A program made the position numbers and the translations under genes. From the NCBI GenBank assembly GCA_951406725.2, contig OX597840.1, forward strand, positions 11,842,001 to 11,906,000: a DNA stretch of 64,000 bases, in the 5' to 3' direction. Positions 37,641 through 50,732 of this stretch are shown piece after piece. The stretch comes from Octopus vulgaris. Lineage: Eukaryota. Position 1 is the first letter of the stretch. The number at the start of each line of letters is the position of its first letter. The notes under the pieces are model-generated. The model had not been told where the DNA came from. It saw only the letters and a list, made by a program, of their open reading frames with translations, and ran no database searches.

Positions 37641-38290
37641 ATTTCTTTACTACCCACAAGGGGCTAAACATAGAGGGGACAAACAAGGACAGACAAACGG
37701 ATTAAGTTGATTACATCGACCCCAGTGCGAAACTGGTACTTTATTTATCGACCCCAAGAGGATGAAAGGCAAAGTCGACCTCGGCGGTATTTGAACTCAA
37801 GACATTCTTTACTACCCACAAGGGGCTAAACATAGAGGGGACAAACAAGGACAGACAAACGGATTAAGTTGATTACATCGACCCCCAGTGCGAAACTGGT
37901 ACTTTATTTATCGACCCCAAGAGGATGAAAGGCAAAGTCGACCTCGGCGGAATTTGAACTCAAGACATTCTTTACTACCCACAAGGGGCTAAACATAGAG
38001 GGGACAAACAAGGACAGACAAACGGATTAAGTTGATTACATCGACCCCCAGTGCGAAACTGGTACTTTATTTATCGACCCCATGAGGATGAAAGGCAAAG
38101 TCGACCTCGGCGGAATTTGAACTAAAGACATTCTTTACTACCCACAAGGGGCTAAACATAGAGGAGACAAACAAGGACAGACAAACGGATTAAGTTGATT
38201 ACATCGACCCCCAGTGCGAAACTGGTACTTTATTTATCGACCCCGAAAGGATGAAAGGCAAAGTCGACCTCGGCGGAATTTGAACTCAAG
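37641..38290 (-). repeat. Tandem array of four ~163-bp near-identical SINE B units
   Basis: Unit starts at about 37643, 37805, 37968, 38131. Confidence 0.92.
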
Positions 38291-38391
38291 ACAAACATTA
38301 ACTTTAGCATTAGTCCTTGTAATGTTAATAAATTTTACCAAATAAAGTAGCAGTGAAATTCTGGGGTAGATTTAATATCACCTTTGAAATA

Positions 38392-38903
38392 TCTATATAT
38401 ATAAAACTGTAGTTGTGTGTCTGTCCCCTTCGATTTAGATTCCTAACTACTCCCACATTTTGCGGTGCAGTTTAACCAAATTCGGGTATCTTATAGTCGT
38501 GATTCATATCGAGCCCGTCTGAGTATTAGCGCGCGTCTACGATGAGTCTACGATTTTAAAAATAATTTAACATCATTTTTTATTCCATTTTAATGCATAA
38601 TTTTTCGTGTGTCGATGGCGGCGGAGTTGGCGTCCACGCTCAAACACCTGCACCTGTGTTTGCTTCTCCCCTCTTCTCTCCCTCGTGAAGCTGTGGGGAA
38701 GGGAGTGTAAGGAAATCAACGTCGTAAAGCGTTGTCAAGGAGACCAGCGTTCTTTTAGAACAACGACTTCATGGCTTGAAGACACCAAAACAGAAATGGC
38801 TAAGAAAGCCCGAATTGGCATCTATAAGGGAAGTAACTCTCTAAAAAATGCTTATATAGTTATTTCCCTTACAAACCCGAGCAACGCCGGGCGATACTGC
38901 TAG
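38392..38903 (+). mobile_element. Non-autonomous Helitron (512 bp), intact ends
   Basis: A|TCTATATATATAAAA 5' end; subterminal hairpin CCCGAGCAACGCCGGG; 3' end CTAG|T; A^T insertion without TSD. Confidence 0.88.
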
Positions 38904-39233
38904 TCCTAAATGTAAATGGAATTCTAATTGAAGACTAAGACGACCTTTATGTTTCAACCTTCTGGAGTTAATAAAATAGATGTCTTAAGAGGAATAAAAG
39001 TAGATTAAAGCCTGACCCTGGCCTAAACAGCTGAAAAGATATCCACCATCGCCTTCTCTCTCTCTCTCCGTATCAAATACATCACGCCACTATTTTTTAA
39101 ACAATAATCACTTTGTTCATTCTCTCTTTCGCTGTATAATATGTATGCATATATATACACACATACATTTTATATGCATATATTAGTTCTGCGTGAACAA
39201 CACACACACACTACATGCATACATACATATACA

Positions 39234-39269
<36 letters not shown>

Positions 39270-39759
39270 TATATACATGGACGGAGAGATAGAGAGAAAG
39301 AATTATGTATGTATGTTAATATGCATGCACAAAACATCTCTTCTTATCTATCTATCTACCTTTCTGTCTGTCTGTCTGTCTATCTATCTAATTATATATC
39401 TATCTATGTCTCTCTCTCTCTCTCTATCCATCCATCCATCCATCTATCTATCTACCTACCTACCTATCTCTATCTATCTATCTATCTATCTATCTACCTC
39501 TCTCTATCTATCTTTCTACCAATCTATCGCTATTTTTATTTTATTTATTATTATTTTTTAATTATATTTTTTATAAAAAATATTTTTTCTTTCTTTTTTA
39601 CGATCCCTTTTGATCGAAAACCTACCCCACTTGTTTTTTTCTCCCCCAAAAGAAAAGCTCTTTGTAATTTGTCCCGTCTGTGTTCAGCCGTGTGTGGCTA
39701 ATAAAGAAACTTATCTATCTCTACCTCTCTCTATATCTATCTATCTATCTCTCTCTATA

Positions 39760-39793
<34 letters not shown>

Positions 39794-40202
39794 CCCCTCT
39801 CTCTATCTTTCTATCTGTCTACATAGATATATCGGATCTTTTCTTTTTGAAAGCCAGATTTTCCTAGTTAACTAAACAATTTGAAACTTCGTATACTGGT
39901 AGAATGTGTCAAAAGAAAACATAATAGTAAACCAAAATGAAAACGGAATTGTAATTTCTAAGTTTAACGTTGTTTAAAAATTCGAATTTTAACCAATGGT
40001 ATTCTTTCTTTCGACCTCATATTATTTACTGCCTCTCAAAATATCGTTACTGTGACGTAAACAGCTATTTTGTGACGTAGTTAAGGTAAACATGTAAATA
40101 GCTAACTAAAATGTAAACATCTCCGCTTATCATAAACTTCGTGGAGTATATATAAAATTTGTGTAGATCCTAAATAGCTACACACACATGTATACAAACA
40201 TA

Positions 40203-40239
<37 letters not shown>

Positions 40240-41179
40240 CTATACACACATATTCTAATGCATATGCATATATGTGTATATATTTATAATGTGTGTGTAT
40301 TATAGATGCATACATTATATATATATGTAAAAGATGTTTACATACAATATATATATGTTATATACATCTACATGTATATGTATGTATGAATATATAAGTA
40401 CCACAGAATTTGGATCAAACTGTTCTGATCCATACATACACACACACACACACACACGCACACACACCAACACTACCATCCATGAGACATCCTAACATAA
40501 TCAATGCTACTACTACTATCATCATCATCATCCACTGCCGCCACCACCACCACCACCACCACCTCTACAAAAACACCAACACTATAATTGCTGCCATCAT
40601 ACACATCCACTGTCACCACCACCACCACCACTGCCATGATAACCACGTCTACCACAGCTGTTTGCTTACTGCTTACCCACTCACAAAATAGCTATCTACG
40701 TCACATTAACACTATGCAGCTAATAATTTCAAATGAAAACAGAAAATATGATTGGTTAAGGATAGAATAAGTACTGGGCTTACAAAAAGAATAAGTCCCG
40801 GGGTCGAGTTGCTCGATTAAAGGCGAGGCTCCAGCATGGCCGCGGTCAAGAGTAACATTAAAAGTAAAATATGTTTTATACGTCACATTAGGGTTAGGGT
40901 CCGAAGGTTGAAAGTGTTTAGTTACAAAAAATATATTTCTCGATCTGCCGTTGAAAGGGTAAAGATCCCTTATATTATTTATTTAAACCCTTTACAAACT
41001 AGAAGGGTTATGGGTCAAGAGGAAAATACATCAATCAAATGTTGGGAAGGCCATCGGTTGAATAAAACAACATTGTTCCTCAACAGAACAATAAGGCTCT
41101 ATAGTTAGGGGGAAATTTACCCATTCAGTTTCAAAACTCAGGTGGAGCCAAAAGATATTCTTGCGTTCATTTATATGTA

Positions 41180-42270
41180 TGTATGTGTGTGTTCTATATA
41201 TTTGTATACATATATATAATTTGTATATATATATATATACATATATATAATTTGTATATATTTGTATACATATATATATATTTGTATATATTTGTATACA
41301 TATATATATATATTTGTATACATATATATAATTTGTGTATATTTGTATACATATATATAATTTGTGTATATTTATATACATATATATAATTTGTATATAT
41401 TTATATAGATAAATATAATTTGTATATATTTGTATACATATATATAATTTGTATATATTTATATACATATATATAATTTGTATATATTTATATACATATA
41501 TAATTTGTATACATTTATATACATATATATAATTTGTATATATATATATATACATATATATAATTTGTATATATATATATATACATAAATATAATTTGTA
41601 TATATATATATATACATAAATATAATTTGTATATCTTTATATACATATATATAATGTTTATATTTATATACATATATATAATTTGTATACGTTTATATAC
41701 CTATATATTATTTGTATACGTTTATATACATATAGATAATTTGTATACGTTTATATACATATATATAATTTGTATACGTTTAGATACATATATATAATTT
41801 GTATACGTTTAGATACATATATATAATTTGTATACGTTTAGATACATATATATAATTTGTATACGTTTATATACATATATATATAATTTGTATACATTTA
41901 TATACATATATATATAATTTGTATACATTTATATACATATATATATGATTTGTATATATTTATATACATATATATGATTTGTATATATTTATATACATAT
42001 ATATAATTTGTATATATTTATATACATATATATAATTTGTTTACATATATATAATTTGTATATTTACATACAGGTATATAATTTGTATATATTTAAATAC
42101 GTGTATATAATTTGTATATATTTAAATACATGTATATAATTTGTATGTATTTACATACATATATATAATTTGTATATATTTTTATACATCTATATAATTT
42201 GTATATATTTGCATACATATATATATAATTTTTATATATTTATATATATATATCTATATATATCTCTCTA
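41180..42270. repeat. ~1.1 kb AT-rich minisatellite, ~26-28 bp unit (atatataatttgtatatatttatatac)
   Basis: aatttgtata recurs roughly every 26-28 nt. Confidence 0.9.
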
Positions 42271-42670
42271 TATAGAACTGAAATGCGTTTTTACCGCTTG
42301 GATCGCTTTCAATGCCACTACATCCCGTCCGATTCGCTCCAAAGGTTACAGGGACATGTAGAATGAGGTGACGATGCTCGTGGGCTACCTTAGAAATCCA
42401 TCTTAAAAGGTGTGGTTGCTAGGGGCCATCTTCCTCACTCACGCTATAATGTATGTGTGTGTGTGTGTGTGTGCGTGTGTTCTATATATAAATATGTATA
42501 TATAAATGTGTGTATATATAAAACATCATCCACTCTCATTCTTTTATGTATCTGAGAATGTGTGTCTGTCTGTCTGTGTATTTCCCTATAACTTGAGAAC
42601 TACTCAACCAATTTCATTCAAATTTTACACATGCCTTCCTTAGGGTATAAGGAGTGTGTTGAGCTGGGCT

Positions 42671-42909
42671 CTGGGCGCCATTGGGCTCAATGTCCGCGGC
42701 TACGAGACAACAGTGAGCGCTATGGCGACCAGAGCTCGCTCTGGGCGCCATTGGGCTCAATGTCCGCGGCTACGAGACAACAGTGGGCGCCATTGGGCTC
42801 AATGTCCGCGGCTACGAGACAACAGTGAGCGCTATGGCGACCAGAGCTCGCTCTGGGCGCCATTGGGCTCAATGTCCGCGGCTACGAGACAACAGTGAGC
42901 GCTATGGCG
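42671..42909. repeat. GC/CpG-rich minisatellite with 70/42/70-bp units followed by (GCTTG)n, downstream of a Helitron-like 5' segment (~42480-42660)
   Basis: tgggcgccattgggctcaatgtccgcggctacgagacaacagtg starts at 42672, 42742, 42784, 42854. Confidence 0.9.
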
Positions 42910-43047
42910 TTGATCGCACCACTATAAACAGGAGGCTTGGCTTGGCTTGGCTTGGCTTGGCTTGGCTTAAATAGAGAACTATAGCGTGAAGGCAGCATAT
43001 AAAAAAAAAAAAAAAACAACCCTTCAGTTGTTGGCAGTTTTACTTAC

Positions 43048-43208
43048 TCCGCATTGCAACAAGATGTGTCTTCGTTAAAGCAATAGCTCTCCCAAAGCAA
43101 ATTAGATAAAATTTGACATACGTGGAACGTCAAAGCTGCTAACAAAATCAGGACAGTCAAAATTTTCGCTAAGGGCTGTTTAACCCTAACGAGGTGACAT
43201 GGTGAACG
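43048..43208 (-). CDS. Candidate exon of an unidentified minus-strand gene (RSPCHLVRVKQPLAKILTVLILLAALTFHVCQILSNLLWESYCFNEDTSCCNA), one hydrophobic segment
   Basis: Acceptor ctttctttctgcag and donor GTAAGT bracket it; one open frame, in phase with the upstream candidate exon. No homology recognised. Confidence 0.4.
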
Positions 43209-43364
43209 CTGCAGAAAGAAAGCTTGGTCAAGAGACAGACGGGAATGCATGAACGAAAAGAAAAAGAATTACATTTAGAAATAGATCTATAGTTATTGAG
43301 GACAGAATTTCTGTTAGAAATAGAGAACTATAAATATTGAATTATGCATAAAGCGCTGACTTAC

Positions 43365-43512
43365 ATTCGGGGCTTCCAATTTCTCTGTAAAATATAAGAT
43401 TGTCGCAAAATCATTGCACATGTCACCATCGATTACAAATGCCGGTGGAAGATAAACGTTCCAGAGGACATTCTTGTTCTTTCGTTCTTACAAGGATCGT
43501 ATTATGTTTCGG
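43365..43512 (-). other. Candidate upstream exon of the same gene; ATG at 43421 gives MCNDFATILYFTEKLEAPN
   Basis: T-rich acceptor ttattttaag, perfect GTAAGT donor, 156-nt AT-rich intron to the next candidate exon, phase 0 join. Confidence 0.35.
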
Positions 43513-43663
43513 CTTAAAATAAATTATAGATACAAATATAATGTATAGAAATATATAAAAATCAGAATAGAAAATAAACGTCTTAGGCATACAAAATGAG
43601 ATAACATGAGATATCAAGGTGTTACAAACTTGAAACTTACTAGAATATCATAGATTATATATA

Positions 43664-46249
43664 TCAAGTCATCCAGTCAGTTCTGTCCAATTTTACCTGT
43701 TTTTTAGATTTGAATGAAATTTAATAGTATTTGCAAATGTCTAATTCAATTAAAAATTATTTTTATGCATTTGTGTACGTTTAAACTAATTCAATATTGT
43801 TTTACATAATAATAGACGGTGTCCACAAAGACTGCGTACATGGGAATTAACACATACTTTTAAAACAAAACAATTTTATTTAATTATAATGTTAATAAAT
43901 AATATTTTCAAAGTGATTTCCATCATTTTCAATGCATAACTTGATGCGCCTTGCAAAATTCAGGTGAACTTGATTAAATAAGTCTACATTGCCATCAATT
44001 TAAGCACACTGACTGGTAATGCGTTCTCTCGTGTGTTTTAAATCTGTAATCTTTATTGAGTAAACTTTCTCTTTCAACATACCCCAGAAAAAGAAATCAA
44101 GGGGAGAAAGGTCTGGTGAACGAGGGGACCATTCCATATGACCCCTTCTTCCAATCTAGTGAGGAGGAAAAGTGTCATTAAATCAATCTCTAACAGTTGT
44201 GGCAAAATGGGTAGGGGCCCCATCCTGCTGAAACCAATTCGGAAGGCCCTCGCCTAGGCGCTCAATTTAAGATATTAATTTGTCTCTCAATATATTTGCA
44301 TAAGTCTCATCCGTTACATGTTCAATGAAGAAAGGTCCTAGAACATGAGCTTTCCAAAAACCACACCACACCATCACCTTTTTGCTGTCTTGCTGTTTGG
44401 ATAGATCCATCCAATGTGGATTACCTCGAGACCAGTATAGAAGATTCTGTCTGTTGACCTCACCATTTACATAAAACGTAGCTTTGTCACTGAACAACAC
44501 AAAGTTTTTCGTAAAATTGATATTTTCATCCAATTTATCTGAAAACCATTCGCACGTCTACATTCGCCTATCAGGATCGTCTTCATTTAAGTGATGCAAT
44601 ATCTGTATGTTGTATCTATGAAACTTTTCCTCAACCAGCATTTTGTGGATGGTTGGTTTTGGAACACCTAACACCGTAGATGTCCGACGAAGTGATTTTT
44701 GGGGCTAGCTAGCAGAAACTTTAGCCTCGACAGCCTCTTTAGTTTCATCTGAAGTCTTTGGTCGCCCGGAACGGGGTTTATCCGAAACACTGCCTGTGTC
44801 TTTAAATGTCTTGATCAATTTCCTGACAGCAGTAAAATAAATAGGTTGCCTACAAGGGTGTGGAAGATTAAATTCTTCCGCAATTTTGCGATAAGACCAT
44901 CTCTCTAGTCCACTTAATAATACTAACTCGATTCTTTCTTCTTTAGACAGCTTCATCATTCGATCTGGGATTCTTTCTTCTTTAGACAGAGCCATCATTC
45001 GATCATCTGTAGAAAAAATAACAAATAAATTTAGAAAAGTAAAGTATTTTTTTTATTTAATTTAAACAAAAGTAAAAAAGGAAAATTATTATTTCTTATG
45101 TTATGATTTTATTCCATAAACCCAGACTTCGTGGACACCCTAAAATTGCTTTGATTAAAACCCCTTTCAACATGGAAGTATCCAAGGAGCATTTAAGGCA
45201 CATATAATTCTTTATGAGTACAATAAAGGTAACTCTGCTGCCGAAGTGACTCGAAACATACACTGTGTTAATGTTAATGGCAAAGTGCTCGAATGAAAGA
45301 ACTTGCAGGAGATCGTCTGCAAAATTGAAGATGAATATCGAACAGGATGTCCAGTTGAGTTTGACAAGCTCCTTGAGGCATTACTTGAAGAAAATCCGTC
45401 ATTATCAGTTGAAGAATTGGCAATAAAGCTTACTTCAAACCATACAACAGTTCATCGTCATCTACAACAACGTGGAAAGATTCCTAAACTTGGATAATAG
45501 GTGCCTTATGTATTGTCCGAAAGCAACCGCAAATCCCGAGTTGGCATCTGCTCTTCTCTCCATTCTCGCAAACTCATTTCACCATTTTTCGATAGACTTG
45601 TGATGAAAAATGGATTTTCTATCGAAATGTTAGACGTCGTAAACAGTGGCTTGGTAAAAGGGAAAATTCTCAACCACAACCGAGAAGGGAACTTCATGGG
45701 AAAAAGGTTCTACTCTCTATCTGGTGCGATTGCAAAGGCGTAATTCACTTTATATTGTTACCACCTAATGCAACAATCAATGCTCAAGTCTACTGTCAGC
45801 AATTAGAGCGTTTGAACCAAGCTTTGAAGGAAAAAAGAACCGCTTTAGTGAGTTGAAAACGAGTGATGTTTCATCAGGACAATTCGCAACCCCACACTGC
45901 AAAGATCACATCACAGAAGATCGAAGGGGTCGGTTTGGAAAAATTTCTTCATCCAACTTATTCTCCCGACCTTACTCCTTCAGGATACCATTTGTTTCAT
46001 AGTTTACAGAATTTGTAGGGGGATACAACTTTCGCAAGCCAGGGGGAGGTCGAACCTGACATTTCAGAGTTCTTCGCTTTGAAACCAAAAGAGTTTTACG
46101 TTGATGGGATTAAAAAGCTTGTAAATAGATGGAGGTAAGTCATAGATAATTAGGGAAAGTACATTGATGATTAACTTTCAATTAAATATAACATTTGATC
46201 ACTTGTATTATTTATCCAAAATTCAGACAGAACTTATGGGATAACCTGA
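43664..46249 (+). mobile_element. Degenerate full-length mariner (DD34D type); transposase remnant ~45172-46170; interrupted near its 5' end by a DD41D element
   Basis: TIRs tcaagtcatccagtcagttctgtccaatttt / aaaattcagacagaacttatgggataacctga; remnants MEVSKEHLRH, *VPYVL (WVPHEL), FHQDNSQPH, YSPDLTPSGYHLF; many stops and frameshifts. Confidence 0.88.
43815..45142 (-). mobile_element. Degenerate Tc1/mariner-superfamily DD41D (rosa/VS-type) transposon
   Basis: HTH-like N-terminus with DKPRSGRPK; FSDKATF; KVMVWCG..GPFF; WFQQDGAPTH...EWSPRSPDLSPLDFFFWG with 41 residues counted between the second and third Asp; TIRs ggtgtccacaaagactg / cagacttcgtggacacc. Confidence 0.88.
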
Positions 46250-46648
46250 GATATATACACTGGCGAAAATATATTTAAGACAGACGATAAAAGTTCTATT
46301 TCTTACAAAATATTTTGTTACTAACACCATACAAATTATTTTTATCTTTTACACCTTATGCAAAATTTATTTCGCTTTCGAATGATGCAGACAATAACCA
46401 TTTTTATACTACCTGAAGAATTCTAATGCTAAATATAATTCTAATGGAGATAACCTGCAGTATATAGTACAACATTTTTGTCTCCGTATATGAGCTAAGT
46501 ATTAATAAAATGTGGTATACGATAAAAATTTCAGATATTTGTCTTAAAACATTCAGACAAGAAAATTCAGATGTAGCACATGAGGTATTATTCCATACGA
46601 ATATCCACATATTTATATTAAGAATTTCATGATAAAAATATAAAAATA

Positions 46649-47131
46649 TTGGGTTGTCCGGAAAGTTCTTGCAGATTTATAGTAGCTTATCTTTCGACTT
46701 ATTTTAGAACATGTTTGAGTCCATAAAATAGGATTTGACTACACCTCCATTTGGAGCACAGTTTAATCTATCTTTTCGTGGAAGAAGGTTTATGTTCCAA
46801 TAACCTGTGTTAATTCTGTAAACCTTTAAATTAAAAGATGAGAAAAATTCATTATCGGCATTTGATGCTTTGGGAACCAGACAAAAATTGCTGCAGCTTG
46901 GCTGGGGTGACTTACCCCACCCTCCATATTCACCAGATATTACTCCTTCGGATTTCCACTTATTCAGGTCTCTGCAGAATAGTCTTAATGGTGAAAATTT
47001 CAATTCCTTAGATGACGTAAAAAGATACCTTGATGAATTATTTGCCTTGAAACCACCCCAATTCTGGGAAGAGTATTTAGTGACCATGTACTTTCCTTTA
47101 AAAATCGGAACGAACTTTCCGGACAACCCAA
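46649..47131 (+). mobile_element. Internally deleted mariner (483 bp) with intact TIRs
   Basis: TA|TTGGGTTGTCCGGAAAGTTC ... GAACTTTCCGGACAACCCAA|TA; retains LPHPPYSPDITPSDFHLFRSLQN. Confidence 0.92.
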
Positions 47132-47888
47132 TATAAACATAACAATGAAATACAAATAAAAACATGAAAAATGAAAACCTAAATTGAAAGAGGCGATTAA
47201 ATTTTTTTTCCTAACCTGCAGCCGTTTGTTGTACGAAGTATTCGAAATTCAGCCCTCCTTCCTCAGGGTTCCTTTCTCGAGGTAAAATCCAGCAGAAAGC
47301 ACTACATGACGAGTATTCAGTTCGTGAAAGTTCAGTTTTTGAGTATCGATTTTTTTCTCAAGTTTTTCAAGAGGATTGCCACGTTTAAATAAGAAATGAA
47401 AATCGTTTAGTTAATCATGCAATTTTGGGAATGTTCCATTTTTTACTGATATATACTACAATAACAAAGAAATTATTTAAGATTTTAGATTTATGCATTC
47501 TTATGGTTCCAAAACGCATGGTTCTCAGTTCAGTCCCACTGTGTGGTAACTTGGCATGTGTCTTCTACTATAGCCTGAGACCAACCAAAGCCTTGTCAGT
47601 GGATTTTGCAGACAGAAACTGAAAGAAATCAATCGTATATATATGTATGTATGTATGTAAGTCTGTGTGTGTGTCTTTGTGTTTCTCCCTCATCACTGCT
47701 TCACAACTGGTGTTCGTTTATTTACATCCCCATAACATACTGGTTTCACAAGAAGAAACTGATAGAATAAGTACCAGGCTTATCAAAATTTAAAAAAGCT
47801 CTACGCAGTGTCTCACATTTTTGTTTGCCCACTCAGTTGTATCTATCAATTTATCTTTGTGTGTGTGTGTGTGTGTATGTGTACATAC

Positions 47889-47955
<67 letters not shown>

Positions 47956-48026
47956 TGGATTTCGTGGACAGGAACTGAAACAAATCAATCGTATATATAT
48001 GTATGTATATATGTAAGTGTATGTGT

Positions 48027-50732
48027 TTTAGTATTGGCAACATGAATGACAATAGCCAGAGACTACTTGAATTTTGCACATACCATAACCTGTGCATCAC
48101 CAACACATTCTTTCCCAACAAGACATCCCACAAGGCATCTTGGAGACATCCAAGATCTCACCACTGGCATCAGTTGGATCTCATCATTACACGAAGATCC
48201 TTTCTGAATTCTGTTCAACTGACCCGTAGCGCGGATTGTGAGACAGATCATTCACTAATAAGAAGGGTGAGGATTCTGCCTAAAAAGTCCATCACTCCAA
48301 GAAAATTAGCCAACCACGCATTAACACTGCAAGAACCATCGAACCCTACACTGCGACAATGTTTTGCTGTTTTTATCAAGGTTGCCCTCAGTAGCTGCCC
48401 AACCTCCTCTGCTGAAAGTAGGTGGAATTATATCAGGGAAGCTTTGTATACCACATCAATAGATACTTTCGGAATGAGAGAAAGGTAAAACCCAGATTTT
48501 GTTCAGTGCTGGGCTCTCAGAGCTGGAACCAGTTATCGAAGCAAAGCGTACAGCTCTGATGCAATACAAGAGTGGTTCTTCTACAAAGTCGCACGAAGAA
48601 CTCAGAAAGGCAAGAAATAAAATTCAACTGACTGCCAGACGCTATGCAAATGGGTATTGAAAGGAAATCTGTCAGGGTATCCAGTCAGCTGCTGACAGTG
48701 GCGACACCCGTGGGATGTATGCCGGTTTGAAGAAGGCCCTCGGTCCATCCGCAAATACCTCAGCCCCTCTGAAATCAACTACTGGAGATCTCATCAGGGA
48801 CCAAAGCAAGCAAATGGATAGATGGATGGAGTACTACCAGGATCTCTGCTCACGAGAGACCACGGTAGCTGAGGCTGCAATCGAGGGTGTCAAGATCTTG
48901 CCAGTCATGTGTGAACTTGACAGTCTGCCATCTATAGCAGAGCTCACCAAATCTATTGACTCCCTAGCAAGTAACAAGGCTCCGGGAAAAGACGGCATCC
49001 CCTTAGAGATCATCAAAACCGGCAAAACACCATCCTGCTTCGGCACATTCATGAGCTTCTGTGTCAGTGCAGGTAAGAGGGTACAGTCCCTCAGAATATG
49101 CGGGATGCTAACATCATTACGCTTTACAAAAATAAAAGTGACCGTGATGATTGTAACAATTACCGTGGAATATCTCTTCTAAGCACAGTTGGAAAGGCCT
49201 CTGCTTGCATTATCCTGTCCAGGCTGCAACTAATTGCTTCTCGAATTTATCCAGAATCGCAGTGTGGCTTTAGAAGCAGATCAACTATTGACATGATATT
49301 CTCCATACGCCAACTTCAGAAGTCCAGAGAGCAGAACATGCCATTATATATGGCCTTCATTGATCTGACAAAGGGCTTTGACTTGGTAAGTAGAAAAGGC
49401 CTCTTCATCCTGCTCCAAAAAATCGGATGTCCACCAAAGCTGCTGAGGATCATCAAATCATTCCATGCTAATATGCAAGGCACCATACAGCACAATGGTT
49501 CAACATCAGCCGCCTTCCAAATAAACAATGGGGTAGAGCAAGGTTGTGTCCTTGCTCCTACATTATTTGGCATCTTCTCGCTGCTGCTGTCACATGCCTT
49601 TGAGACATCAGATGATGGAGTGTTTCTGCACAGTAGAAGTGATGGGGAACTGTTCAATCTCTCGCGTCTGCGTGCCAAGACCAAAATTTCAGAAGCATCC
49701 TGATCAAGGAGATGCTATTTGCTGATGATGCCGCTCTGGTATCACACACAGAAGAATCCCTACGAAGGCACAGCAACTGTTTTGAGCAAGCATTTGGCAA
49801 CTTTGGCTTAGTTATCAGCCTCAAGAAGACCAACATCATGGGTCAGGCTACATCGGACATCCCAAACATACATATTGGAGACCACAGAGTATAGGAGGTG
49901 GAGAAGTTTACCTATCTTGGCTCTACCGTCACCTACAACCTATCCCTTGATGCTGAGCTCAATATACGCATTGGCAAGGCAGCTGCTGTGATGGCCCAAC
50001 TCACCAAACGCGCATGGGACAACAATAAGCTGACCAAGACCACAAAAATGAAGATTTACCAGGCATGTGTACTTAGCACTCTACTGTATGACTTTGACGC
50101 CATACACACGCCATACGACGCCATACGTCGCCTAAATATCTTTCACCTGCGCTGTCTCCGGAAAATCCATCGCATCAAATGGCAGAATCATGTCCCTAAC
50201 AAAGATGTCCTCAAGCAAGCAGGAATACCAAGCATGTTTGCACTCTTCACACAAAGACGTATGAGATGGCTTGGACATGTTAGCCGTATGGAAGATGGCA
50301 GAATCCCCAAGGACATACTCAACGGAGAGCTTGCTAGGGGCGCTAGGTCTGTGGGAAGACCGTTCTTACGATACAAGGATGTTTGCAAAAGGGACATAAA
50401 TGCCTGCAACATCAATATTACCAACTGGGAAGCAGTTGCCAGCAACCGTGGAGATTGGCGACGTACCGTGAAAGAGGGAACACAAAGGAGTGACATAGTG
50501 AGAAAGGAGACATGGAAAGACAAGAAAATACGTCAACAAGAAACTATGACATTACAACCAGTCAGGCAAAGTCTTCGCTACATTTACGGCACCTGCCAGA
50601 GGGAGTGTTTGTCCCGGCTAGGACTACACAGCCACAGCAAGAGATGTATTAGGACATGAAATGTAAAAGCCGGACAAGATTATTTTATGCGCAACTCCAT
50701 TGTCTCCCGAGACAAAAAGGATGCCAACAACA
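48027..50732 (+). mobile_element. 5'-truncated RTE-clade (BovB-like) LINE with disrupted APE-RT ORF
   Basis: APE C-terminus (RLLEFC..HNLCITNTFF, WRHPRSHHWHQLDLII, DCETDHSL); RT motifs KAPGKDGIP, NYRGISLLS, PESQCGFR, FIDLTKGFD, GVEQGCVLAPTLF, LFADD, FTYLGS, RWLGHV; C-terminal TCQRECLSRLGLHSH; (CAA)n tail; frameshifts and stops; flanking direct repeats. Confidence 0.95.

Noticed and set aside
42270-42405. Minus-strand open frame phase-compatible with the 43 kb candidate exons
   Set aside because: Weak splice sites, and the + strand resembles a Helitron-type 5' end.
48003-50659. RTE ORFs as an active LINE or domesticated gene
   Set aside because: 5'-truncated within the endonuclease, with multiple frameshifts and stops.
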